Notes: generated by a model from the sequence alone, not told the origin. DNA of 63,975 bases, filler included, from Octopus bimaculoides (GCF_001194135.2; 8 parts of 8 records of this genome joined end to end with filler, not necessarily neighbours in it); one strand, 5' to 3'; positions 1 to 12,809 are shown, counted from the first letter of the whole stretch. Numbers and translations are program-made.

Positions 1-23
1 ATATATATATATATATATATATA

Positions 24-245
24 CAGGGTGCAATGGGCAAATTGTCGACATTTTCTATTTTTCATTTCGAGCATGCGCATTGTTTGTTTTTAATTTTGTA
101 GTCTACGCAGTATAGTAGGGTCAGTTGGGCACCATAACGCAATTCACTCTGCCAGAAATTTGGAAATGACATGCTGTACTGCTTGGCGTTCGCGCCGGAA
201 ACTCCAATACAAACATTTCAGAGGGTTTGGGTATCAAACTGGGGA
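24..245 (+). mobile_element. Tc1/mariner (DD37D/maT-like) 5' end fragment with left TIR
   Basis: TA followed by CAGGGTGCAATGGGCAAATTGTC; matches the left ends at 6918 and 53496 and the reverse complement of the right end at ~54305-54329. Confidence 0.75.
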
Positions 246-747
246 CAGAGAGGGAACTAGGACTCCTCAGACTTTTGACGCATACTCTTATTGTTCCTAT
301 CCATAGCTGCAACATTTTCCAATTTTCCTAGATAAATATTTCTAGTGACTGAAAAAAATATTGGTTGTTAAAATGAAAATTAAAATAAAAATGATTATTA
401 CAAGCATCGATTGTTCGAGAACTATCAGTTATATCCTATTAGTATCTTAATCTTGGAAAATAGCTAATTCTGGCCAAATACAATTTTGTGTAGATTCTAT
501 AAATGTCAAGGAAAAATATTGGATATTTCAATGAGACTGGAAAGAATTATATTCATGATGATAATTTGTTTCTTTTGTGAAGTCTTATTAAAGTTTATTA
601 AACACCGCGTAATAAAAACCGTAGAATTCAATTATGTGAAATATATTAATTGATGCAGCCCAGAAAATTAGCCTGTCAAACATAACGGTTTTTGCAACTA
701 TTTTAAATTTCCTCAAATTCAACAACATTGACGAGAACGTTTCAACC

Positions 748-780
748 ATGACAATTGTGATGAGAATAATGATGATGATG

Positions 781-852
<72 letters not shown>
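748..852 (+). repeat. (GAT)n/(AAT)n microsatellite
   Basis: Direct reading; explains the poly-Ile pseudo-ORF. Confidence 0.95.
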
Positions 853-853
<1 letters not shown>

Positions 854-2506
854 GAGAATGCCCATTGATGATCTCCTCATCATTTGCCGAATGTATTTAC
901 AGACCTGTAGAATTTGATGTATTCACCAAGCTGCCTCTGGCTCTCCTACTATTCCCTTTAACCCTCAAATATTTATGATTATCTCAAGTACAAGATTCGG
1001 TGTGTTTTGTGTGTGTGTGTGTGTGTGTATGTGTGTGTGTGTGTGTGTGTAGGTTAGTAAAGGTATGTTTATGACATTTTAAATTCTGAAGGCAAATTCA
1101 CTGCAGTTACTTTGGAGAATGTTCTAAACAGAACAGAGGGTGTCAGGTGGGATGGAAGAGTCGATGAATAGGTCACAGGTGAGTGACGAAAGATTTCCAG
1201 ACTGTAGATATACGATAGAATAAGAACAATGATACGCGAGTGAAGAACGAATATATAGTGCGTGTGTTTACTTGGAAAGAAAAAAATGAATGACAATCCC
1301 AGAGAATGTTCCCTTATGGTAAAAGGTGTGAAAACACCAAATCTGCCCAGTTCTTCCATCTAGTGGATTTACAGACGAGCGTTCCTGCTCTTTAACTTGC
1401 TCCCAAGGAGAAATATGGAAGCGAGGCAACCCTGGGCAGATCCATAGCCATAGCTTTATCTAAAAAACGGTCAACATCAGTGACTGAATTGTGGACCGTC
1501 TGGTAGCTGGTAGCTATATGAATATCAGCATCAGTGCCAAGCAGTGATGAAGAATAATCGAACTTTAAGTTAGTTAAAATAGGTTTCTGAAATGATTTAG
1601 CCTTTTACTATTAGGTCGTCAAGTATGAAATTTGTAGAAAAGAAAACCAAGTTTGCTAATGTTTTATTAATACAAGGAATAGTTTTATTCATCAAAGTAT
1701 GCACCCGTTTTGTCAATACACTTTTACCATTTCAGCGGTAGCTTGTCCAGCCTGGTACTGTAAAAAAAATATTTCTAAATGGAGAGACCTATGTCATTCC
1801 ACAGAATATTTAAAACTGGCAATCTTACCTCCCTTCAAGGCATTTTATTATATAATCATTTTAACCCGTACATTCAGACATTCATAAAACGGTTAGTTAA
1901 TACTTGAAGGAGATTTTAGCTGCCAATAATTACAGGCCACGCAAGCCTGTGAGCTTCTTTCGGCATCGGAATACAAATTCTGTCCACACCACTGACAGGA
2001 TAATTTATTCCGTGTTATTATTTATGAGTATTTCATATACATACATTTCGAAACACATGGGAAAATTAATATGAATAACCAGTCCATATTTTTAGATAGC
2101 AAATTAAATATTAATGGATATTTAATTTAATAAAGGCGAATACAGATTTTCATTTAGATTTCAAGGCAGAACTGCATTCAAGCGTATATACGTATACACG
2201 CGTTTATGCAAGAACACGCATACAAATATATATATATATATATATANNNNNNNNNNNNNNNNNNNNNNNNNNNNNNNNNNNNNNNNNNNNNNNNNNNNNN
2301 NNNNNNNNNNNNNNNNNNNNNNNNNNNNNNNNNNNNNNNNNNNNNNNNNNNNNNNNNNNNNNNNNNNNNNNNNNNNNNNNNNNNNNNNNNNNNNNNNNNN
2401 NNNNNNNNNNNNNNNNNNNNNAGAAGAACAAACACAAAAACATAACAGCGCGAAGATGTGGTACATGTAAAGCATTAGCAGACGCTCAGGGAAGTAAATA
2501 AAGATG

Positions 2507-2541
2507 GTTTAACATTTCGAGCTATGCTCTTCTTCAGAAAC
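2507..2541 (-). ncRNA. Minimal type I hammerhead ribozyme motif, slightly decayed
   Basis: Minus strand GTTT-CTGAAGA-A-GAGC ATA GCTC-GAAA-TG-TT-AAAC: stem I GTTT/AAAC, stem II GAGC/GCTC. Stem III TG is probably a decayed CG, and there is one extra A after the core. Confidence 0.5.
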
Positions 2542-2917
2542 AGAGGAAAGTCCAATAGAAAGGAAGACACAGGAAGAAAAACGCCAATGATTCACATGTG
2601 GTTACATTTTGAAATGACCGGAAGGGAATGGGTGAAAAGGTTTTAGAACAGGAGAGTGTAAGAAAAGGATTTATGTGTGCGTATGTGTGTGTATGTGCGT
2701 GCACGCAAGTCTGTGTGTGTGTGTAACAGCATGTGTGTGCGTATGTGTGTGTATGTGTTGTGCGCATGGTGAGTGTGTGCGTGTGTGATTTTGGCTGTTT
2801 ATATGCATATGTGTGAGTGAACTTTGTGTCGCTTAATTTTGTAGGAAGAATTCAGTAGCATGGTAGCAACACCGGTGGTCATTTTGTGTAGTTGTGTGTC
2901 TCTTCACATGTGCATAT

Positions 2918-2998
2918 GTGTGTATGTGTGCTACAGAGCTGTGTGTATGTGTGCTACAGAGCTGTGTGTATGTGTGCTACAGAGCTGTGTGTATGTGT
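2918..2998. repeat. 23-bp tandem repeat x3 (GTGTGTATGTGTGCTACAGAGCT)
   Basis: Three exact units at 2918, 2941 and 2964, plus a partial fourth. Confidence 0.9.
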
Positions 2999-3140
2999 GT
3001 GTGCGCAAGGTAATCTATATTCATAGATATGAAATTAAACATCTATAAATATGTAATTTGATACTTAAAAATATAGATATTGAATATATTTCGTTTTTGG
3101 ATTTGGTTTGCAAGATTCTTTATGTGAATTTGTATGTTGA

Positions 3141-3438
3141 AGCATATTCTGTTGTGTCTGGGGAGAGTCGTTCTCTTGTAAATGCTTTATAATTTAACAC
3201 ACTCATATACACAACATATACGCACACGCGCACACATACTTCAAACTGCCAGTCAAACACCTTTCTACCGACCATTCCTCTACGCACATGTGAAGAGACA
3301 CACAACTACACACTGTTGCTACCATGCTACTGAATTCTTCCTATAACATTAAGCGACACAAAGTTCACTATACATACACATATAAACAGCCAACGTCACA
3401 CACACCACACAGACAACACATACACACACACACAGACA

Positions 3439-3471
<33 letters not shown>

Positions 3472-3576
3472 ACACATACACACACACACANNNNNNNNNN
3501 NNNNNNNNNNNNNNCACATATAAACAGCCAACGTCACACACACCACACAGACAACACATACACACACACACAGACA

Positions 3577-3611
<35 letters not shown>

Positions 3612-3803
3612 ACACATACACACACACACAACACATACACACACACACATAGTCAAAACTATTGAAGAGATTGCAAGACGCAACGAAAATTTTAGTAAAA
3701 TAAAAAAGGTAAAAAAGAAATAAGTGGAAATCTTACTGGTGAGTGTGTTAAATTATAAGGTATTAAAAGAGAATGTCTGTCCCTAGACACAACAGAATAT
3801 GCT
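3141..3803. mobile_element. Inverted-repeat element (Penelope-like inverted pLTR or MITE) with CA-rich interior
   Basis: ~65-bp arms at 3141-3205 and 3740-3803 are reverse complements with a few mismatches; decayed hammerhead-like motif at 3658-3696; flank related to ~45610-45650. Confidence 0.55.
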
Positions 3804-4704
3804 ATTGTTCTTCAATATATCTAAACGTATAACTGGCTGCATAAAATATATCCTTGTATTGTCCAACGTTCAACAGTTCTAAACACTAAATGTATATAGA
3901 AAAGCACCTTCTATTCGTGAAAACATAGAGCTGGAATACATAAATAACTAGAACATACACTCCCTCTCACAGATACACACACTTACACACATACACACAT
4001 ACACTCACATACATACATATACACACGCTCACATGCACATACACACAATCACAGACACATACACACACAGACAAATAGGCACACACACTCACACACATAC
4101 GCATACAGTCACACACTCACATACACACACACCCACACACATACACTCTCACACACACAGACACACACATTCATACACACATGCATAGACACTCACACAC
4201 ATACACGCACACTCACATACACAGACACTCACCCACCCACATACTCCTCACACACACACACACACACACATTTATGTATGAGTGCCTGTATGTACATATG
4301 TATATATGTATGCACACAAACACACACATATTATCAAATCAATGAATACAAAATAGACAAAATCAGAGACGACACAAGAGAGACAAGTTCTAACAAATGT
4401 TGTATTAGCTTCACGCTTAAAGGAAGAGAATGCATCTTGACGTTTCGGATGTTTGATATTTATTGGAAGTGAACAGAGGAAAATCAATGGAGGAGGCTTA
4501 AAGAGTTTTCTTTGTTGGAGGGTGAAAAGGGTAGAAGCCAGTTGGGAAGGCAGTTATATGGGGAAGTTAAGAAGTGAATAGGACGAAAGGACGAAAGACG
4601 ATATAGACCGTGAGGAATTTGAACGTAAGGTCGAAGAGATGCCGCTACGCTTTTTCTCTGGCGCCAGTTAATTGATATGATAGTGCGTACTGATAGACAC
4701 ATAA

Positions 4705-4925
4705 CAGCAAAGCAATTTGAAAAATTGCCGAAATATAAGGATCTTGAGATTGAGATATATAGGACGTGGCAATCAAAATCAAAGCCATCCCTGTTGTTGT
4801 GGGTTCTTAGAATGATTAAGAAAGGTAGTAACAATTTTTTTGACTAGATCTCTAGGAAACCAAGAATCTGAAAAATTCTGACATCAACTGCCCAGATTTT
4901 CAGGAAGTTTCTCTCCGTCTTATAT
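4705..4925 (+). mobile_element. R4/Dong-like RLE non-LTR retrotransposon, 3' fragment
   Basis: Decayed translation EKLPKYKDLEIEIYRTW...IPVVVG..MIKKG...TAQIFRKFLS; same family as 44900-45550. Confidence 0.65.
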
Positions 4926-4984
4926 ATCTGTGCCTTTCATCAATTGCAGTATCACCACTTTGGATCTACTCAGTTTTCCACTAC

Positions 4985-5076
<92 letters not shown>

Positions 5077-5077
5077 C
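4985..5077 (+). repeat. (ATT)n microsatellite
   Basis: Direct reading. Confidence 0.95.
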
Positions 5078-5590
5078 ATTACTGCGTGAGAGAGCAGTAC
5101 ATGCCATCAAAGTGTCACTGGGGTACAAATATACGATGCCCAATCTACCCATCGTGACTCTCCGTCTGATAAGGGTATACTAGACACACGCATCGCAACC
5201 ATATGTGCACGGCATGGTGATCTCATATCAAGACAAACAGCACGTGATCTTGCAGGTTGGACCCAATTAGAATTTTCTTCAGGTCGAGTAGGTTTCTTTA
5301 AGGATGTTGGACGAAACAATCATGTTTCCAGATGTGAATTATTCAAATCCCAAAGAATTCCTCTCAAAACATGGCTCTGATGGTCCCCCACTACTTCTGC
5401 CCGTGATCAGAGATGTATATATTGTCATCCACTGGTAGAGGTTAAACTACTGACAAGCAAATCTAGTATTGAGCAAATATTTACTGTATCCCGTACTTTT
5501 ATACCAAGACAAAACATATACGTGATGACACTTACAATCAGTTTAGACCAGAGGCCATGAGAGCCATTATTTTTACTATCATTATTATTA

Positions 5591-5634
<44 letters not shown>

Positions 5635-6605
5635 TGGAAGGACTCCATTTTAAAATGAAATTCTCATTTATCACTCTCGTATTTTCTTACTATCTTCCTT
5701 CTACATAAACAAATGTTCTCCTGCATGTTTATTCTAGTTTATTCTGTAGTAAAGAGAATTATGTTCTTGTGTGCATATATGAGCAACGATTATGGTTATT
5801 TATACTGCAAACACCACACATAAAATCGCTAGTGTTCCGTATACTTTAAAAACATCCAGACTGTACTTGATGGTTATTGCTTCCATAAGATTAGTTATTT
5901 ATTTTATTAGAACATCGCTTCCTAAAATTTATCGCAAAACCAATTTACGGCTGTCGTGTGGCGAACCTCGAAGTCATTTAAATCAAATCTTTTGATAAAC
6001 ATACTGGATGATTAATTTGAGTAAATAAAGCTAAGATAAAAGTCAATCCAAGCAAACAGTGAAACGCTTTACCAGCCAACCAATCACAAGACAACGGTTA
6101 GCGTTCTCTGTTGTTCTAGTATTTAAATGTTCAAAGTGTCTGAAGCTAGAAATGAATCATGTCTTTTCGTTTTTCTTTTTCTTTTTGGTGAATACTAAAA
6201 CTGAACAATAAAAATAATCAAAGATGTATATTTAAGCACAGTGCTTCCGCGCAAACAACCTTCGTTACTGCACCTAATTTGTGCTTTTGTAAGCTGAAGC
6301 AGCAGAGTATGTTTCGATATAATGACCTTAGCGCACAATGAAAACATACAGATGATAAATAACCACTCTACGGAAATAATTATTCAGTTCAATGTTGAAT
6401 CGCTTTTAGCAATCATTGTCTCTAAAGTATATTTTCGGGTTTATCTGAGGCTAGCTGTTAGATCGGAATCATTTCTCAATCTTATTATTGTTCTCATTAT
6501 TGTTTGTCGTCGCTTGGCACCAGGTCGACTCTTAATCGAACAGTGCAATTAGAATTTGCATCTTCCCGTCATTATTGAACACATCTCTCTCTCTCTCTAT
6601 CTCTA

Positions 6606-6639
<34 letters not shown>

Positions 6640-6917
6640 TCTCTCTCTCTCTCNNNNNNNNNNNNNNNNNNNNNNNNNNNNNNNNNNNNNNNNNNNNNNN
6701 NNNNNNNNNNNNNNNNNNNNNNNNNNNNNNNNNNNNNNNNNNNNNNNNNNNNNNNNNNNNNNNNNNNNNNNNNNNNNNNNNNNNNNNNNNNNNNNNNNNN
6801 NNNNNNNNNNNNNNNNNNNNNNNNNNNNNNNNNNNNNNNNNNNNNNNNNNNNNNNNNNNNNNNNNNNNNNNNNNNNNNNNNNNNNTATATATATATATAT
6901 ATATATATATTAGTATA

Positions 6918-7503
6918 CAGGCTGCGATGTGTAAATTGTTGTCACTTTTATGTTTTTCGCTTCGCAATGATCGTTGTTTGTTTTTGATTTTATCGACTAC
7001 ACAGTATTTTAGGGTCAGTAGGGCACCGTCTGTGAGAAAAACAGCACCATCACGCAATTCACTCTCCCAGAAATTCGGAAGCTCCAATGCGAACATTTCA
7101 GAGTGTTTGGGCGTCAATCTGAGGGCAGTGCAATCTGAGGACATGTACCGAGAGTGATATAAACCAAACATCCAGTCAACCTCATGGTGTTTGGAGTGAT
7201 CACTAGTGATGGCAACGTTATGCCTCCATTCAGCATTCCACACGACCTCACACGCAGCATGGAGGCATACATCAAGTGCCTGGAGGAGTTAGTGTTGCCC
7301 TAAGTCAAGTGGTTGGCTACTGGAAGACCCTATGTCTGGCAACAGGATTCTGCACCATGCCACACAAGCAGGAGAACCCAGTCATGGTTGTCAGACAATT
7401 TCTGCGACCACATCCCACCTAACTCTCCAGACTGCAACCCCCTTTATTATGTGTGGGGTGCAGTTGAGCGAAAGACCAACAAAACTCCCTGTAACACCAA
7501 AGA

Positions 7504-7505
<2 letters not shown>
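6918..7505 (+). mobile_element. Internally deleted DD37D/maT-like mariner with transposase catalytic remnant
   Basis: Left TIR after TA; remnants KHPVNLMVFGVITSDG and YVWQQDSAPCHTSRRTQSWLSDNF...PPNSPDCNPL.YYVWG; ends at a (TA)n run. Confidence 0.85.
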
Positions 7506-7586
<81 letters not shown>

Positions 7587-7734
7587 GAGAGAGAGAGAGA
7601 GGGGTTGATAGATAGGTATATAGATAATATTCATCACCACTTAAACGTAGATATTTTGTTAGAACAAACCATGACAGAAACTCTCATATTGGCTTTCTGT
7701 GCTTATATCGCTAGGGGGGAAACACATGCCCAAC

Positions 7735-8072
7735 CTCTCCAGCGCCGATACCACCAGATCACGTGATTTTGACCTGCCTTGGTCTCGTATGTGATGAGAG
7801 TTTCTCTCGCGGTGTCTACAGCAATACAGTTTTCCACTTTTCTGTTAAAATAAATATTATCTCTCCATATTAATACTACCTCTGTTGCTAATATAGATAT
7901 TTTAACAAAATCGCTGGTTAATCGCGACACCAATGCCTGTTTTGGCACTGTTTTTCTATATATCGCTGGCGGGAAGATAAGTCGCAGCCGTCTCTAGCGG
8001 TCGAGCGTCCATTATTGACGAAACCAAAGAAGATCTAAATATCGTGATCTGGTGGTCTTCGGTGCCGGAGAT
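7735..8072. mobile_element. Degenerate MITE-like inverted-repeat element
   Basis: CTCTCCAGCGCCGATACCACCAGATCACGTGATTTT (7735-7770) pairs imperfectly with AAATATCGTGATCTGGTGGTCTTCGGTGCCGGAGAT (8037-8072); weaker pairing continues outward. Confidence 0.45.
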
Positions 8073-8531
8073 GGCGAGGATGTATCTCCCTGTAAGTAAT
8101 ATAAACAAGAATTAATTTTGCACCAAAACACCGATGTCATAGAAAAGCTTTTTCTAATAGAATAGTCGTGTTTAAGTATGGATAACTACCATCTCTCGGT
8201 ATTAACATTGCTTCTATCGATAATATATAGATATAAAGATAGATATAAACAGAGAGAGAGAGAAAAGAAGAGAGCGGAAGAAAGACAGAAAAGAAAAAAG
8301 ACGAAAATATGTTTAGTTACTTCATATTTACTTCTCATTGATGTAAGTTGAACTTTCATTACATAATGCAATTAATATAATCAATTGAAAAGATGACAAA
8401 TTCACCATTGTGGGGAAGGTTGGTGAGTGCACTAGATTAACTTGACGAAGCACTTTATCATATACATATTTGTGTGTGCATATGTATATTATGTACATGC
8501 GTATGTGTATGTAAGTATGTATATATAAATG

Positions 8532-8600
<69 letters not shown>

Positions 8601-8625
8601 ATTATATATGTATATATGTGTGTGT

Positions 8626-8945
8626 GAAGGCTCGTGGCTTAGTGGTCGGGGCATTCGACTCACGATTGTAAGGTCGTGGGTTTAATTCCCGGCGACGCGT
8701 TGTGTCCTTGAGAAAGACACTTTATTTCACGTTGCTCCAGTCCACTCAGCTGGCAAAAATGATTAGTACCTGTATTTCAAATGGCCAGCCTTGTCACACT
8801 TTGTGTCACGCTGAATCACCCTGAGAACTACGTTAGGGGTACAGGTGTCTGTGGATTTCCTACTCACTTGCACGTTAATATCACGAGGAAGCTGTTCCGT
8901 TGATCGTATCAGCTGGGACCTTCGTCGTCGTAACTGACGGAGTGC
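8626..8945 (+). mobile_element. tRNA-derived SINE family C, near full length
   Basis: A box TGGCTTAGTGG, B box-like GGGTTTAATTCCC, then GTGTCCTTGAG(C)AAGACACTTTATTTCACGTTGCTCCAGTCCACTCAGCTG; related copies at 13372, 35415 and 48180. Confidence 0.8.
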
Positions 8946-9101
8946 TCCTATATATATNNNNNNNNNNNNNNNNNNNNNNNNNNNNNNNNNNNNNNNNNNN
9001 NNNNNNNNNNNNNNNNNNNNNNNNNNNNNNNNNNNNNNNNNNNNNNNNNNNNNNNNNNNNNNNNNNNNNNNNNNNNNNNNNNNNNNNNNNNNNNNNNNNN
9101 N

Positions 9102-9138
<37 letters not shown>

Positions 9139-9164
9139 AACACACACTGATTCCAAATGTTGGC

Positions 9165-9325
9165 ACGACCGCAATACTCAACTGGTTTTAATTTACCCAC
9201 TTCGAAAGGATGAAAGGCAAAACTTATCTCGCCTAGGTGGAATTTCAATTCGGAATGAAAACACGGACGAAATGCTTCTAAGCAATTTTTCCAGATGTGT
9301 TAAATGTTTTGCTAGCTCGCCGGCT
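9165..9325 (-). mobile_element. tRNA-derived SINE family B, decayed
   Basis: Similar to the 14091-14322 copy (GAAAGGATGAAAGGCAAA...GGTGGAATTT). Confidence 0.7.
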
Positions 9326-9919
9326 TTATATTATATTCATATGCATATATACACACACAGACACATATGCCAATTTAATTCAGATCCATTGAAATAAGCC
9401 GAAGCCATCCCATAACATTTCTCAGATTTTTAGTTGTATAGACTCTTATTATGTACCTACTACCATGCGCGCTTGATCCGCTTTCGATTGTTTATCCTTT
9501 CATATATGCGTGTGAGTGTGTGTGTGTGCATGTGTGTGCTTGTCTGTGTGTGTATATGTGTTTGTGTGCATATGTGTGTGTGTGTATGTGTTTGAGTACG
9601 TATGTATGTAAACTGTTTGGAGAGATAACTGATTACTCCACAGCAGAACAGTCAAACGGTTGCACTCGGCTTTCTTGCCGAACAATGAAATATCTATACA
9701 GGCAAGGTATTTACATCTGTCTATAATGTAATACATTTGCTAAACATCTAAAGATACATTCTGCTGTACATTATGACTTCCAGCATGATCACTGTTCGCT
9801 CAGCAGTAATAAGTAAATATGTGGTTACAGAGATAGACAGACAAACAGCCAATTACCTAGCTAGAGAGAGAGAGAGACAGAGAGAGATAAGCACGCAGGC
9901 AGACAAACAGACAGACAGT

Positions 9920-9991
<72 letters not shown>
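9920..9991 (+). repeat. (AGAT)n tetranucleotide microsatellite
   Basis: Direct reading; similar arrays at ~11387-11515 and ~63935-63975. Confidence 0.95.
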
Positions 9992-9994
<3 letters not shown>

Positions 9995-10561
9995 ACAGTC
10001 AAAAAGCTACCTAGAGATAGATAGATAAATTGATAGAGAGGGAGACAGACAGACAGACAGACAGACAGAGTTGCACGCAGGCAGACGGTATTTCGCTTTG
10101 TTACTATAATATACAACCAAATATATAAAAAGTTTATAAGTAAATTGTGTTATACTTTCGTGTTAGCAGTATGATAAAATCACTTCTAAATTGATCTCTA
10201 CATATTGCTCGAGAAGAAGCAATAACTCCCGAAATATGCATATACACCCATTAAGTGTTTTTCTATCTTCAAGCGCATAGTTTACATAGGCGTATTCGTA
10301 TACGAAGGTCTTGACATTTGATACTGGCTCTAAATTCTATAGAAAATCTCTAGAGATAAACTTAAAAGTGATAGATAGATAAGTATTATTATATTGTATT
10401 ATGTGAGAAGCATTTTGCGAATATAAACACACACCCTACCTTGTTATTGGCAAAATAAACCTTCCACGATAGAACAGCACCTGTTTGAACACAGTTTCTC
10501 ATCAAGAATCGTGAGAAGTGAATAAGAATTCGAAACATATGTGTGTACGTGTGTGTGTGCG

Positions 10562-10614
<53 letters not shown>

Positions 10615-11386
10615 ACGCAGAGATACACACAAACATACACACACACACACACAATTCTAAATATTGATTTACTGTTGTAATACACTTGTATTTCCGAACT
10701 TTCTCCTCCTGATACATAAATATTACGAGAAAAGTATTCTATAATCGAATAGTCGTGTGTGTGTGCGTGTGTATACATATACACATACATACATATGTAA
10801 TACGTTCACACACAGGCACGCACACCCACATACAAACACACGCACGCGCACACGCTTCCGTATGCGTTTGTGTGTATGTGCCTACATATTTTTATATGTG
10901 TCTAATACGATCAGCGAAACAGAACACATATATCACACACGAAATTAAGTGAAAGACTATTCAGTTTCAACACGCTGTGCTGGTTATAACATACATACAT
11001 ACATACATACATACCTACATACATACATACATACATACATACATACATACATACATACATGTGCGTATATATGTATGGGATGTTCACTTAATAATCCTAA
11101 GGTGAAAATTTCTAAATCTTACCAACTGCAATGTCGGATAACGTGATTTCTTTCGCTTCTCTCAGGAGGCGTGTATATAAATATATACTAGTCGTCTGAA
11201 AATAGAGTTACTAACGCATGCATGTGTAGTTTTATAACACATTCTGGGAAATTGAAAAATGTCATAAAATCTGTTTCTACAAGATTATAGTTAGATTATT
11301 ACAACTGAAAAATATTATTGAAATGGTGGCGATTCACTGATGCATCATACACGCGTGCAAATACATATAAATACATATATAAAAGC

Positions 11387-11454
<68 letters not shown>

Positions 11455-11482
11455 GTAGGTAGGTAGGTAGGTAGACAAACGT

Positions 11483-11516
<34 letters not shown>

Positions 11517-11624
11517 TTCTTTATTAGCCACACAGGGCTCAACACAGAGGGGACAAAATACAAATGTAGAGTTTTTCTTTTCGAGGGGGTCGAAATCAAA
11601 GCAGAAAAAAAAAACAAAAGTGGG

Positions 11625-11724
11625 NNNNNNNNNNNNNNNNNNNNNNNNNNNNNNNNNNNNNNNNNNNNTTAATTAATTAANNNNNNNNNNNNNNNNNNNN
11701 NNNNNNNNNNNNNNNNNNNNNNNN
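11625..11724. other. Artificial 100-bp scaffold spacer (44N-TTAATTAATTAA-44N)
   Basis: Identical structure with the 12-mer at 11669, 17159, 26558, 46010, 51822, 58264 and 62792; the 12-mer gives TAA stops in all six frames. Confidence 0.95.
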
Positions 11725-11880
11725 TTTATCTCTTTCCATCATTACTACCACCACCACCACCACCAACTATCTGTACCTCCCTTTATCTCTTTCCATCATT
11801 ACCCCCCCACCACCACCAACTATCTGTACCGCCCTTTATCTCTTTCCATCATTACTATCACCACCAATACCACCACCACA
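11725..11880. repeat. ~55-bp minisatellite x3 upstream of the first neuroglian-like exon
   Basis: Units beginning TTTATCTCTTTCCATCATTAC at 11725, 11782 and 11835. Confidence 0.85.
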
Positions 11881-11906
11881 TGTTTCTCTCTCTTTTTCTT
11901 TTTCAG

Positions 11907-12035
11907 ATAACCTGATCTTCACTAATGTATTATCAAGTGATGCTTATGAAAACATCGCCTATGCCTGCATGGCTACCAACAAGTTTGTACGGCAGAACAC
12001 ACAAGGCAGATCGAACTATTTGCAAGTTCAAGATA
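11907..12035 (+). CDS. Nrg: Neuroglian/L1CAM-family exon A (C-terminal half of Ig2), phase 1-1
   Basis: Polypyrimidine tract + TTTCAG acceptor, GTGAGT donor. Translation xNLIFTNVLSSDAYENIAYACMATNKFVRQNTQGRSNYLQVQD fits the L1-family Ig2 pattern (GNLYFSNV...Y.C.A). Confidence 0.8.
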
Positions 12036-12413
12036 GTGAGTTTCCGTTCTCTCCAATTTCATTTCTATATGAATACATGGGGTTTGCTATTAAAGAGGTT
12101 TAGGGAAGACATTTAATGTCTTAACCTTTTCAAGACATTTCTTGGATCTTTTCTGTTTGGTTCACACTTTTTGAAATTTTGAAATTGAATATTTCTAAAT
12201 CTGGTATATTGATGTAGCTTTCCACACTGAATCTGCTGTCATTATTCACTTCTTACAGAAAATTTTTTTTTAATGTTACAGAGGTTTAAAGTGTGTTAAT
12301 TTTTACCCAATTAGAAAACAGGATTTGGAAGCTGTCATTTTGTTTGGGAGGACATTATGACAACAAAACATTCAACATACTTTTATTTAGGAAAATATCC
12401 ATTTGTTTCTCAG

Positions 12414-12437
12414 ATGATAACAGAGAGGTAAAAGCAG
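12414..12437 (+). CDS. Candidate 24-nt phase 1-1 microexon in the Ig2-Ig3 linker
   Basis: ATTTGTTTCTCAG acceptor and CAG|GTAAAC donor; frame-preserving, giving QD-NDNREVKAV-QPED. No expression evidence. Confidence 0.35.
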
Positions 12438-12809
12438 GTAAACACAACATAAGATACACATGACTTGGACAAGAAAGCTACACACCAGTAAGCTGGTTAC
12501 AGAAAAAGCTTGGCTTGTTACCATGGAAACAGATACCAATATGTCTAGCTTTTAATTGGCTAGAATTTCTCAAAATTTGCAACTTTAAAAACTATTAGCT
12601 TATGGCAAAAATGAATTTCATTTCCATTATTAGCATACAAAACTACATCAATACACTAAATTTGAAATCAATTGGAAAAAATTGAAGGAGTTGAAAAGTG
12701 AAAACCAAGTAGAAAAGATTCCCTTTCTAAAGAAAATACATTGAATTTGCAGAGGTTTAGTAAACTAAATGTCCTGGTACTTTGTTGGTTACGATAAGCG
12801 TTCCAGTTG

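Noticed and set aside
1069-1500. Possible decayed RTE-LINE C-terminal coding fragment on the + strand
   Set aside because: Only vague motifs (RWDGRV, DERFP) with many stops; cannot be supported without a search.
3380-3650. Direct duplication either side of a 25-N gap (likewise 12900-13005)
   Set aside because: Overlapping contig ends around gaps are a typical assembly artefact.
8626-8700. tRNA-like sequences with A/B boxes (also 35415, 48180 and SINE A/B heads)
   Set aside because: They continue into shared repeat bodies and lack a complete acceptor stem, so they are SINE heads rather than tRNA genes.
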